A stretch of 64,000 nucleotides of DNA from an uncultured Clostridium sp. GTDB taxonomy: Bacteria; Bacillota; Clostridia; TANB77; CAG-508. Below, one piece after another: positions 31,279 through 41,582 of the stretch; position 1 is the first letter of the stretch, and every line of letters begins with the position of its first letter. The notes beneath the pieces were generated by a model, which worked only from the letters and a program-made list of their open reading frames with translations, was not told the DNA's origin and made no database searches. The position numbers and the translations under genes are program-made. The stretch spans positions 3,307 to 67,306 of the forward strand of contig CANEHB010000008.1 of the NCBI GenBank assembly GCA_947427205.1, read 5' to 3'.

Positions 31279-33432
31279 TTATACTTTCATTGATAAACTA
31301 ACTTTTTGTTTTTCTCTATCAATTCCAATAACTTTTACTTTAACTATATCCCCAACTGAAACTATTTCTGAAGGATTTCTAACAAATTTATCAGCCATTT
31401 CAGATATGTGAACTAAACCATCATGTTTTACACCAATATCAATAAAAGCTCCAAAATCAATTACATTTCTTACAGTTCCAGTAAGACTCATACCTTCTTG
31501 TAAATCTTCAAATTTTAATACATCACTTCTTAAAATTGGTTTTGGTAAATCTTCTCTAGGATCTCTACCCGGCTTAGAAAGTTCTTCAATTATATCTTTA
31601 AGTGTAAGAACACCTACATTTAATTCTTCTGCTAATTTATTTGCATCTACTTTTGATAAATCTTTTTTTAATGCCTCTAATTTATCTTTTTGAACTAAGT
31701 TATCCACAGAATATCCAATTTTTGTTAATAGCTTTTCAGCAACATCATAACTCTCTGGGTGAACAGCTGTTACTTCTATAGGATTTTTTCCATTAAATAT
31801 ACGTATAAATCCTGCACATTGTTTAAACGCAGAAGGTCCAAGCTTAGGAACTTTTAGTAAATCTTTTCTTGTTTTTAATTCACCATTTTCATCTCTATAT
31901 TTAACTATATTTTTAGCAATACTTCCATTTATTCCAGAAACATATGAAAGAAGTGATGGTGTAGCAGTATTAACATCAACACCTACTGAGTTAACTGCGT
32001 CTTCAACAACACCAGTTAAACTATCAGATAGTTTCTTTTGATTAACATCATGTTGATATTGTCCAACACCTATAGCCTTAGGATCTATTTTTACAAGTTC
32101 CGAAAGTGGATCTTGTAGTCTTCTTGCTATAGAGATTGCTCCTCTTAAAGATACATTTATATCTGGATATTCTTCTGTTGCAAGTTTAGATGCTGAATAA
32201 ACTGATGCTCCTGCTTCACTTACTATTGCATAATAAAGATCTCCTGAAATTTCTTTTATCATATTAGATACAAAAGTTTCTGACTCACGAGATGCTGTTC
32301 CATTTCCTATTGCTATCATATTTACATTATGTTTTAAAATTAATGCTTTTAATGTATTTTTTGCACCTTCTACATCATTTTGAGGTTCTGTTGGATAAAC
32401 AGTTGTAGTATCTAACAATTTTCCTGTTTTATCTATCACAGCTATTTTACAACCAGTTCTATATGCTGGGTCAAATCCCATAACTGTCATATCTTTAATT
32501 GGTGGTTGTAGTAATAATTGTTTAGCATTTTTTCCAAATACTTTTATTGCTTTTTCTTCTGAGCGTTCTGTTAAATCATTTCTTAATTCTCTTTCAATAG
32601 AAGGTTCTATTAATCTTTTGTATGAATCTTCTATTGTAAGTGTAAGTAGCTCATTAAACTGACTCTTATAATCTTTTATTATTTGTTTTTTTAAATAATC
32701 TAATATTTTATCATCTGGTTTATCTATTTTTACTTTTAAAAATTCCTCTTTTTCTCCTCTATTTATTGCTAAAATTCTATGACTCGGAATTTTTAAAATT
32801 CCTTCTTTAAAATCATAATACATTTCGTATGGAGACTTCTCATCTTCTTTATTGATCTTACTTGATATTACAGCTTCTCTAAAGCAAAAAAATTTTATTC
32901 TTTTTCTATAATCTGCATCATCTGCAATATTTTCTGCAATAATGTCTAAAGCTCCTTGTATTGCTTCTTCTTCGTTTGCTACCCCTTTTTCTTCATCTAT
33001 ATATTCTTTTGCTATCTCATATAAATCTCTTTTTTCATTTTGTAAATATATAATATCAGCTAGAGGCTCTAATCCTTTTTCTTTTGCAATTGTAGCTCTT
33101 GTCCTTTTTTTGGGTTTATATGGTCTATATATATCTTCCAGTTCTGATAAAACCATTGTACTTGCAATCTTTATTGTTAATTCATCTGTAAGCTTTCCTT
33201 GTTCATCTATTAATCTAATTATTTCTTCTTTTCTAGCTTCTAAATTTCTTAAATATGTAAGTCTTTCTCCTAAATCTCTTAAAGTTTCATCACTTAAATT
33301 ACCTGTTACCTCTTTTCTATAACGAGCTATAAAAGGTATTGTATTTCCTTCATCAATGAGTTTAACAGTAGCTTCTACTTGAGCTTCTCTAATTCCTAGT
33401 TCTTCTGATAATTTCTTAAATATTTTATCCAA
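31279..33432 (-). CDS. tex: Tex-like transcription accessory protein (YqgF/RNase H-like, HhH and S1 domains)
   Basis: 717 aa with Tex N-terminal architecture and a C-terminal S1 domain (GMSLTGTVRNVIDFGAFIDIG...GLVHISE). Confidence 0.9.
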   Translation of the reverse strand: MDKIFKKLSEELGIREAQVEATVKLIDEGNTIPFIARYRKEVTGNLSDETLRDLGERLTYLRNLEARKEEIIRLIDEQGKLTDELTIKIASTMVLSELEDIYRPYKPKKRTRATIAKEKGLEPLADIIYLQNEKRDLYEIAKEYIDEEKGVANEEEAIQGALDIIAENIADDADYRKRIKFFCFREAVISSKINKEDEKSPYEMYYDFKEGILKIPSHRILAINRGEKEEFLKVKIDKPDDKILDYLKKQIIKDYKSQFNELLTLTIEDSYKRLIEPSIERELRNDLTERSEEKAIKVFGKNAKQLLLQPPIKDMTVMGFDPAYRTGCKIAVIDKTGKLLDTTTVYPTEPQNDVEGAKNTLKALILKHNVNMIAIGNGTASRESETFVSNMIKEISGDLYYAIVSEAGASVYSASKLATEEYPDINVSLRGAISIARRLQDPLSELVKIDPKAIGVGQYQHDVNQKKLSDSLTGVVEDAVNSVGVDVNTATPSLLSYVSGINGSIAKNIVKYRDENGELKTRKDLLKVPKLGPSAFKQCAGFIRIFNGKNPIEVTAVHPESYDVAEKLLTKIGYSVDNLVQKDKLEALKKDLSKVDANKLAEELNVGVLTLKDIIEELSKPGRDPREDLPKPILRSDVLKFEDLQEGMSLTGTVRNVIDFGAFIDIGVKHDGLVHISEMADKFVRNPSEIVSVGDIVKVKVIGIDREKQKVSLSMKV

Positions 33433-33663
33433 TTTCGTACCTCTTTCAAATTTTTATTTATAATATAAGAATTTATTTATTAATGATTTTATATTTTGAA
33501 TTTTTCTTTGTCAAGCAAAAAAAATTAACACCACATTACTTTTTACAAAGTTATATGGTGCTTTCCAAACTAATGGAAATACACACTTTAGTGGCTTCCC
33601 ATTTTCTATATTTATTATACAAAGAATTATATTCTCTATCTAAATATATTTTTATAATATAAT

Positions 33664-35250
33664 TTAATTTCCTTGTTCTTCTAAATATTCATCATATGTG
33701 CACTCTCTAACAATTACATTATTATTTGTAATATCTATAATTTTATTTGCAACAGTTTGAGTTAATTGATGATCATGTGATGTAAACATCATTATTCCTT
33801 TATATTTTTGCATACCATCATTTAATGCCGTAATAGATTCCATATCTAAATGGTTTGTTGGTTCATCAAAAATTAAGAAGTTCGCTTCTGAAAGCATTAA
33901 TTTAGAAAGAACACATCTTACTTTCTCTCCTCCTGAAAGAACATTTACTTTCTTAAGAGCCTCTTCACCTGAGAAAAGCATTCTTCCTAAAAAGCTTCTT
34001 ACATAAGTTTCATCAGGATCTTTTGAATATTGTCTAAGCCAATCTGTAATAGTTAAATCCTCAGTAAACATGTAATTATTATCTTTTGGAAAATAATCTT
34101 TAGTAATAGTAGTTCCCCAAACTAATTCTCCCTCATCAGGTTCTAATTCTCCTGCTAATATTTGGAATAATACTGTTTTAGCAATTTCATTTTCTGAAAG
34201 AAGTGCAATTTTATCTTCTCTTTTAACAGTAAAACTAATATTATCTAATATTTTTTCTCCATTTATTGTCTTTGATATATTCTTAACCTCTAAAATTTCT
34301 TTTCCTTGTTCTCTTTCTGGTTTAAAATCTATATAAGGATACTTTCTATTCGATGGTTTTATTTCATCTAATTCTATTTTCTCTAAAGACTTTTTTCTTG
34401 AAGTAGCTTGTTTTGATTTAGAAGCATTAGCACTAAATCTAGCAATAAAATCTTGTAACTCTTTAATTCTTTCTTCTTTTTTCTTATTAGCTTCTTTCAT
34501 TTGTTTTAATGCAAGCTGACTTGATTCATACCAGAAATCATAATTTCCTGGATAAACTTTTATTTTTCCAAAGTCAACATCAGCAATATGAGTACAAACT
34601 TTGTTTAAGAAATATCTATCATGTGATACAACAATTACAGTATTCTCAAAATCAATTAAGAAATCTTGTAACCAGTTAATTGTTTTTATATCTAAATCGT
34701 TTGTAGGCTCGTCTAATAAAAGAACATCAGGATTTCCAAATAAAGCTTGTGCTAAAAGTACTTTTACTTTATCTTTAGCTTCTATCTCACTCATAAATTT
34801 ATAATGTAAATCACTATCTATTCCTAAATCATTTAAAAGTTTAGCTGCATCTGATTCTGCATTCCATCCATCAAGTTCTGCAAATCTTTCTTCAAGTTTT
34901 GCAGCTCTCATTCCATCTTCTTCTGAAAAATCAGGTTTTGCATATATACTATCTTTTTCCTTCATAATCTTATACAGTTCACTATTTCCCATCATAACAG
35001 TATCAATTACTGTATATCCTTCAAAAGCATAGTGATCTTGTTTTAAAACAGATAATCTTTCACCTTTGTCTAATATAACTTCACCTTTGTTTGGTTCTAT
35101 TTCTCCAGATAGTATTTTCAAAAATGTTGATTTTCCAGCACCATTTGCACCTATTAAACCATAACAATTTCCTTTTGTGAATTTTATTGTAACATCTTCA
35201 AAAAGTACTCTCTTTCCGAATCTTAAAGTTACTCCGTTTGATAAAAGCAT
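33664..35250 (-). CDS. ABC-F family ATPase (tandem ABC domains, no TM domain)
   Basis: Two Walker A motifs (GANGAGKST; and another), two LSGGE signatures, and an inter-domain linker. The start is chosen at the internal Met preceded by a TTAGGAGG RBS; the ORF track extends to 35331. Confidence 0.85.
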   Translation of the reverse strand: MLLSNGVTLRFGKRVLFEDVTIKFTKGNCYGLIGANGAGKSTFLKILSGEIEPNKGEVILDKGERLSVLKQDHYAFEGYTVIDTVMMGNSELYKIMKEKDSIYAKPDFSEEDGMRAAKLEERFAELDGWNAESDAAKLLNDLGIDSDLHYKFMSEIEAKDKVKVLLAQALFGNPDVLLLDEPTNDLDIKTINWLQDFLIDFENTVIVVSHDRYFLNKVCTHIADVDFGKIKVYPGNYDFWYESSQLALKQMKEANKKKEERIKELQDFIARFSANASKSKQATSRKKSLEKIELDEIKPSNRKYPYIDFKPEREQGKEILEVKNISKTINGEKILDNISFTVKREDKIALLSENEIAKTVLFQILAGELEPDEGELVWGTTITKDYFPKDNNYMFTEDLTITDWLRQYSKDPDETYVRSFLGRMLFSGEEALKKVNVLSGGEKVRCVLSKLMLSEANFLIFDEPTNHLDMESITALNDGMQKYKGIMMFTSHDHQLTQTVANKIIDITNNNVIVRECTYDEYLEEQGN

Positions 35251-35446
35251 TTTAACCCCTCCTAATATTTTTAACCACTTTATTATACAGTATTTATTTA
35301 TATATTTCAAATATTTTATAAAAAAAAGCAATTTTAAGATTTTCCATCAAATATAAATTTACGAGTTCTAAGACTTGCCACAATTACCTAGTACGAAAAC
35401 ACTCCTACAATAAAAAAAGCCTCAATCTATTATTTAAGATTGAAAC

Positions 35447-35953
35447 TTATATCTTTTTTAATAAGTTTAATATAAATACTCTAACTTGAGTAAATATCTT
35501 TTTATACCAAGGAAACATATTATAATCTAATGGTAAATGCGCTGGATTATAATTATGCTGTATAACTTCATTATTTTCAGGTTTTGGTGTACCTGTAATA
35601 TTGTTAGGATTATCAAATATTTTATCAGGATTATATTTTTCTCTCATTTCCTGTTGATATTTACGTTCATTTTCATTATATAAATTTGTTAATTCTCTTT
35701 TTTCTTCTTCAGATTCACACCAATAATTAAGAGTAAGCATAGCAATTAATGCTGCTGTTTTTGGAGAAACGTCTTGTTCTGCTAATGGTTTATTTACATC
35801 AAAATGCTTCTCATATGTTGGCAAAGCATTCTTTTCAAATATATCAATAAGCTTTTGTGGTACTTTTTTTACATCTTCCTCTTCCATGAGTTCTAAAATT
35901 TCTAGTATTTCTGAATAAGCAAAAGCTTGATCTGGCTTAATTTGAACTGCCAT
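35447..35953 (-). CDS. Hypothetical protein
   Basis: 168-aa ORF with no recognisable motif. Confidence 0.35.
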   Translation of the reverse strand: MAVQIKPDQAFAYSEILEILELMEEEDVKKVPQKLIDIFEKNALPTYEKHFDVNKPLAEQDVSPKTAALIAMLTLNYWCESEEEKRELTNLYNENERKYQQEMREKYNPDKIFDNPNNITGTPKPENNEVIQHNYNPAHLPLDYNMFPWYKKIFTQVRVFILNLLKKI

Positions 35954-35984
35954 ATTCTAATCCCTTCCAAAATATTTTCTTTTG

Positions 35985-36614
35985 TTAAATACGTTCATCT
36001 TCTAAACGTGTTTCTTTTGAGTCTTTTCCATGTGAGTCATTTATATTAATATCCCCAACTTCAATTCCTCTATTTACTTGTGTAGAAGCTTTTTCTTTCT
36101 CTTTAGGTTTTATTTCAATTTCTTCCATAGTTATTTCTTCTACATCTAATCCTTCTTTTTCGTCAGCGACATCTCGAGCTGTTTTTGCATTATCTATTAT
36201 TCCCTTAGGTTGAAATCCTGCTACTCTTACAGTATCCCTTGGCTTAATTGGAGGAATAATCCTATTAGCAACTTGCTCTGCTGATTTATCTTGAGTTTGT
36301 TCTTTATTTTGTGTATTTTCATCTTTTCCTATAATAGTAGTTGCAAATTGATTTCTAACTTCTGGTTCTTTTTTACTCATTAAATTTGAAACAGAATTAG
36401 ATACTGTTTCCATAGCTCTACGAAATATTGATCTCATACTCCAAGATGTAAATCCCATATTTGTAGTTCTTACATTATTTGCTGGTCCTAGTCTTGGTCT
36501 TGTTAGTATTCCTTTTATTTTATCTAACAAAGATTCTTTTACTTCATAATTTGTATCTTCTGGTATAAAGGTAGAGTTATCTTGCTTATTATCTTCTATG
36601 TTATTTTCACTCAT
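35985..36614 (-). CDS. Hypothetical protein
   Basis: 209-aa ORF, polar with a charged C-terminus. Confidence 0.35.
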   Translation of the reverse strand: MSENNIEDNKQDNSTFIPEDTNYEVKESLLDKIKGILTRPRLGPANNVRTTNMGFTSWSMRSIFRRAMETVSNSVSNLMSKKEPEVRNQFATTIIGKDENTQNKEQTQDKSAEQVANRIIPPIKPRDTVRVAGFQPKGIIDNAKTARDVADEKEGLDVEEITMEEIEIKPKEKEKASTQVNRGIEVGDININDSHGKDSKETRLEDERI

Positions 36615-36740
36615 AAATATACCTCCCCCTTTTATACTATATTATCATTGTATATTCAAAACCTAAAAACTTCAAGCTTATTGCCAAAAATTTAACCAAA
36701 ATGACATATTCGGCTTTTAAAGTACTTATTTAAATACAAT

Positions 36741-38558
36741 TTATACTGTTTGAACTTCTTGTTCTTCTTCTCTTTCAGCTTTTTCGTTTAGTACTTCATG
36801 TATTAATTTTGTACTGTCTTGAATTTCTGGCATTTTTACTCCACTAGCTACTGCTTTAACATCATTTATACTAAATTTCTTAGCACCACTTGATGTACTT
36901 CCTTGAGTAGCATTATCTTCATCTGATACTGATTCCATATCTTCATTAAAAATATTTGCTACAACATCTTGATTTAATCCTAATTTTTCGTTACCATCTG
37001 CACTTTGCTCAAATAGTTCTGCTACTTCTGTTTTTTCAGCTTGTCTTTCAATTGCTGATACATCCATTTCTACTGAATTTGCTTTAAAATATTCATTAAA
37101 TACTTGTTTAAGTTCTTCATCAGTAAATTGTTGTTCAGTTCCTTCTGTGGCAACTTCAGCTGCTTTACTTTCAAAATCCATAGTTGTAATCTCTTCTAAC
37201 TCAGAAAAAAACTGCTCTCTTTTTTCTGAATCTATTAACACTTCTTTTATATTTCCGTGATATGTTATACCAGCCATTAATCCTAATATTTTTCCTACAT
37301 TTTCATCTACTTCAAAATCTTCAAAAACTCCTTTTATAGTTTCTGTTAATCCCTCTACTGTCTCTTCAGATAAAGCTTCTAAATCATCATTATCTAGTCC
37401 TTTAAAAAACTCTGTATATGTAGACATAGCCTCTTTTATGTCATTTTCTGAAAAACCTGCCTTAGCTAATTCATTAGGAAGCTGTTCTATTTGACTTTTT
37501 ACTAAATTGTTATTTTCATCTTTTCGTTCTTCTTTTTCTTCTTTACTATAAACTTCAAAATCAAATTTACTAGCACTATCCTCCATAGTAGCTGTTATAT
37601 CTTTTGGATTAGTATACTCATTAACATTTTTATTTTCACTTTTATTCTGTATACTAACATTCTCTTCATTAATCTTTTCTTCATTAAAATCCCCTATAGC
37701 ATTTGCCCCTTTAGTAAATTTTGACAATTTTTCCCAATCTTTATCTGTGGCTAATCCTTTATTAATGCGCTCTTTAATTTCTTCTATCTCTTTATAAATT
37801 TCAGCTACATTATTTGCTATATTTTTAGTTAGCTTTTTATTTTCATCTTTTTCTATATCTTCAATAGGTGGTAAATTCAATTCATCTGCTATTTTAGCAT
37901 ACATTTTTTTATCCTCATCTGTAACTTTACCATCTTCAAATTTCTTTAAAATATCTAAAGCTTTATCTAGTGAATTTGCTTTTTCTCTTTTTGAATTTAT
38001 CTCTTTTTTGTCTTCTTCACTTACTCTATCATTATTTAAAATTTCATTTACACTTTCATTAACCTTTTTATTAACTTCCTTTTGTTGACTTCTAGTAAGT
38101 TTTGAATAGTTATCTAAAAGAGTATTAATCTCTTTTTTTGATAAATTTTCATAATTATTAATCATTCTATCAATAACAGCTGTTGTTAAAACAACTTCTG
38201 TAAAATTGCTTTTTGATTTATTACTTTTTTCTACTGTATGTCCTACTGGATTTATTATTCCAGCTTTTTCAGCATTTTTTACAGTAGATTTAGCAACTTC
38301 TGATAACAAACTTATATCTATATTTCCATTACTATCAAAAAAAGATTGAGAATAACTATTAACACTTTTGGATATTTCAATTAAAATAGTTTGTCTTTCA
38401 TCATTGTCATTTCTTCCTGCTAATGCTAATTTAATAGTATCTAAAATCTGTTCTTTTTGACTTTCTTGTTGCTTTTTAGACTTTTTATTAAATTCAATTA
38501 TATTTTGATTAACAATATCATCTATAATATCGTTAATTCCAATTTTTTTCATACTCAT
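36741..38558 (-). CDS. Acidic coiled-coil hypothetical protein
   Basis: 605 aa, Glu/Lys/Asn-rich, with predicted long helices. Confidence 0.4.
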   Translation of the reverse strand: MSMKKIGINDIIDDIVNQNIIEFNKKSKKQQESQKEQILDTIKLALAGRNDNDERQTILIEISKSVNSYSQSFFDSNGNIDISLLSEVAKSTVKNAEKAGIINPVGHTVEKSNKSKSNFTEVVLTTAVIDRMINNYENLSKKEINTLLDNYSKLTRSQQKEVNKKVNESVNEILNNDRVSEEDKKEINSKREKANSLDKALDILKKFEDGKVTDEDKKMYAKIADELNLPPIEDIEKDENKKLTKNIANNVAEIYKEIEEIKERINKGLATDKDWEKLSKFTKGANAIGDFNEEKINEENVSIQNKSENKNVNEYTNPKDITATMEDSASKFDFEVYSKEEKEERKDENNNLVKSQIEQLPNELAKAGFSENDIKEAMSTYTEFFKGLDNDDLEALSEETVEGLTETIKGVFEDFEVDENVGKILGLMAGITYHGNIKEVLIDSEKREQFFSELEEITTMDFESKAAEVATEGTEQQFTDEELKQVFNEYFKANSVEMDVSAIERQAEKTEVAELFEQSADGNEKLGLNQDVVANIFNEDMESVSDEDNATQGSTSSGAKKFSINDVKAVASGVKMPEIQDSTKLIHEVLNEKAEREEEQEVQTV

Positions 38559-38702
38559 TTTTATCTCACTTAAATAAAATATTACAATTATATTTTATTT
38601 ATAAATATTTTGATTTACAATTACATTTTTATTACTTTTATATTGCAATTTTATGTAAATCGTGTTACAATGATAATGAATTTATTTTGAGAGGAGATCT
38701 TT

Positions 38703-39244
38703 ATGGGATTATTAGCAAATAAAATCAAGAAAAATCAAGAAGAAAACCAATTTATACCTGTAGAATTAAACGAAAGTAATGTAAAAACTATTTTTGGTAG
38801 ATGTTTAGCAACAGAAGTATCTACTTCTAAAAAACGGTGTACATCTATTTACTGAAGCTTTACGGATATGAAGAAGATTCGACAACTCTATATTTTGATA
38901 TAAAAAAACTTAAAGAAAATGCATCTACTATTCATTATTTATTTGGTCAATTAGAGGATGTTCATAAAAGAACTTTTAGAGTTTCACCTCAGTCTGCTTC
39001 TATAAGATATGATGGTACTGTTTGGACTAAAGATAATGGTCTTTTAATGGAATTTTTATATTTAGGAAGAGCTTCAGATGTAAATACGCCATTCTTTAAA
39101 AAAGCTCAACTTGCATCCATTAGTAGCACTCTAGTACCAACACTTTCACCAAAAGATCCTAATTTTGATACTTGGTATAAAGATTATCAAGCAAAAATGA
39201 ACAGAACACAAAGAGCTCCTGGTGGATTTGAACCAGGTGAGTAA
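38703..39244 (+). pseudogene. Hypothetical gene interrupted by a -1 frameshift at an A6 run (38829..38834). The two segments are 38703..38855 and 38837..39244.
   Basis: A strong GAGAGGAG RBS precedes ATG 38703. That 50-codon ORF stops at 38853. The downstream frame has no ATG and only a GTG start, and it is open from just after the A-run. Adding one A fuses the two into about 185 aa. Confidence 0.4.
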
Positions 39245-39261
39245 TACATAAATATAAAACT

Positions 39262-39291
39262 TAAAGCCTATCATCACGATAGGCTTTTTTC
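39262..39291. terminator. Hairpin terminator
   Basis: AAAGCCTATC-atcac-GATAGGCTTT stem followed by TTTT. Confidence 0.5.
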
Positions 39292-39316
39292 ATCATTACA
39301 AATATTATAAGTAAAA

Positions 39317-39709
39317 TTATTGATTATTGTTTTCTTTAAAAATATCTCCATGCTTTTCTACAATACTTCTTACTATTTCATCCAAATATACAAGTAAAAA
39401 TCTTAAATCCAAATTAGTAATTTTATTTAAATTTTTAGAATTATATTCTCCATTTATTTCTATAAGTATATCAGCAAGTTTTCCTTCTTTATTTTCTTCT
39501 AAGTTTGATATTAATGTAAACATATTTGGATTTTCTAATTTTTTCTTATGAATTTTCTCTAATAAAGTTGTACAAACAATTTCAATTAAATTAGCTACAC
39601 ACTTATAGCTTTCTGTATAATTTTTTTCTTCTATAAAATTGTATATCCTCTCCACTTTTGGTTTAAAAAATGGTATTTTATTTACATTTTCAATTACTTC
39701 TTTTTCCAT
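39317..39709 (-). CDS. Hypothetical protein (all-helical)
   Basis: 130-aa ORF. Confidence 0.35.
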   Translation of the reverse strand: MEKEVIENVNKIPFFKPKVERIYNFIEEKNYTESYKCVANLIEIVCTTLLEKIHKKKLENPNMFTLISNLEENKEGKLADILIEINGEYNSKNLNKITNLDLRFLLVYLDEIVRSIVEKHGDIFKENNNQ

Positions 39710-39761
39710 TTGTACATCCTCTTTTCTTCATCTTTTAAAATTAATTGTCTAACAATTAATT

Positions 39762-41567
39762 TTAATGTTCTTCATGTTCATCTCTTGAGTTATCAATAAA
39801 TTCGTCTATTGTATTTATATTTGTTTTTAATGTTTTTTCTGGATCTATTTCATATTTTATTTTATAATAATCAGCTATTTGTGATATTCCTTTAACTTGT
39901 GATTCTAAAAGAACATCTATCCCTATAGAATTTCTTTCTATGTATGGTACAAATTTTAATGGTTGTCTTTTTATTTTCTCATCTGATAACAATCTACTTA
40001 TCATTATTCCTAAATATTGTTTTGTTATACTTGAATCTTTTGTACCTGAAAATTCATATCTTAAATAATTATCTTCTGTTTCATCAATTAAATTTTGTGG
40101 CATATAGAAACCTTTTGATTTTTCTACTAGATTAATTATTTTTCTCCTATTTTCTTTTGACATTTTTGCCATATCTATTATTCTTCCAGCACTATCTACT
40201 CTAAATGCACTATAACCACCTAATGCGCCTTCAATTAATCTTGGTAAATTTTCCTCTTTAGCTTTTTCCTGAAACTGACTAACTCTTTTTTTAGTAACTT
40301 CTTTTCCTGTGTTTGTAACTAAAAATAAACTAACTCTTACACCTTCATTTTTTTCAATTTGTTTAATTTTTTCAAAAAATTCTGATAATTTTTTTGATCC
40401 ACCTATACGTTTTGTAAGAGAAATATCTTCTCTTTCAAGCCATGAAAAAATCAATGGAATTACCTGCTCTTTCACAGTTTGAGTTTGTTTTAATTCTTCT
40501 ATTTTGTTGTCCATTTCTCCAGTAGATCCTTCTGTTTTTTCTATAATTCTATTTTTTTCTTTTTCAGCCTGCTCTACTTGTTCTGCTTGTTTTCTTTCCT
40601 CATCTTCTCTTTTTTTCTTTTCAGCTTGTATTTTTTCTTTTTCATATTTTTCTAATACTGCATTATCTTTTTCTTCTTTTGACTTTTCACTTGACTCTTC
40701 TGTTTTTATTTCTTTTCTTAAAGCATCCATTTTTAAATACTTTTCTTCTAATTCTTTAAGAATTCCTGCTTCTACTTTTAAGTAATCTTCTTCTGCTTCT
40801 GATTCTGAAATTTCTGCAAAATATCTAATTATTGTAGTTATACTTCTTTTTAATGTTTTGCTAGATAATATTAAATTTTGTGCTATATCTCTATAATCTT
40901 CGGTTGTAAAAAAATTTTTATTTTTTTCATATTCGTACTGTACTGCTTTGCTTTTAGTTTTCATAAATTCTTCAATTCTTAAAACCTTACCCTTTTTGAA
41001 CTCTACTATAGCTCTTAAAAATTTCTCATCAAAGCAATAAAATTCCTTTTTTACAAAATCATTATCTAAAGCTTCAAACATTAATCTTAAAAAAGCTATT
41101 TGTTTTATTTCTGTTTCTGTTAACTCTGTATCTAACATAACATGTTCCTTTATATCAGCTAATTTTTGAATTTCTAAATAATCCAAATACTTTTTATTCA
41201 TTTCAAATATTATTCTAAATTTTTCTTGAGTTGATACATTTCTAAAATTATCTTCTGTATGCTCAGACGCTGATAAATTAGCAAAAATCCAAGCATTATT
41301 TTTATCAATTAAACTTACTAACTCTAAATAATATTTTACTAATATATTTTCTAATTCTTTATCAAAAAAAGCAACTTTTTCTGCTGTTTCTGAAATACTT
41401 GTTATATTAGTTGCATTTGTATTAAACTCAATACTTCTATTTGCTATACTAAGAGCCCTATACTTTGAACGCCCCCTTAAAGGTCTCGCTTTTTCTAACT
41501 CCTTTTTTAAATCATTAGTATCTAAACTATCTTTTTTATATGCAGTTACAATTTCTTGATATTCCAT
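39762..41567 (-). CDS. Hypothetical protein with central Glu/Lys coiled-coil and a conserved-looking C-terminal domain
   Basis: 601 aa. Lies 15 bp downstream of pcrA on the same strand. Confidence 0.4.
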   Translation of the reverse strand: MEYQEIVTAYKKDSLDTNDLKKELEKARPLRGRSKYRALSIANRSIEFNTNATNITSISETAEKVAFFDKELENILVKYYLELVSLIDKNNAWIFANLSASEHTEDNFRNVSTQEKFRIIFEMNKKYLDYLEIQKLADIKEHVMLDTELTETEIKQIAFLRLMFEALDNDFVKKEFYCFDEKFLRAIVEFKKGKVLRIEEFMKTKSKAVQYEYEKNKNFFTTEDYRDIAQNLILSSKTLKRSITTIIRYFAEISESEAEEDYLKVEAGILKELEEKYLKMDALRKEIKTEESSEKSKEEKDNAVLEKYEKEKIQAEKKKREDEERKQAEQVEQAEKEKNRIIEKTEGSTGEMDNKIEELKQTQTVKEQVIPLIFSWLEREDISLTKRIGGSKKLSEFFEKIKQIEKNEGVRVSLFLVTNTGKEVTKKRVSQFQEKAKEENLPRLIEGALGGYSAFRVDSAGRIIDMAKMSKENRRKIINLVEKSKGFYMPQNLIDETEDNYLRYEFSGTKDSSITKQYLGIMISRLLSDEKIKRQPLKFVPYIERNSIGIDVLLESQVKGISQIADYYKIKYEIDPEKTLKTNINTIDEFIDNSRDEHEEH

Positions 41568-41582
41568 AATTCTCTTTTCTTT

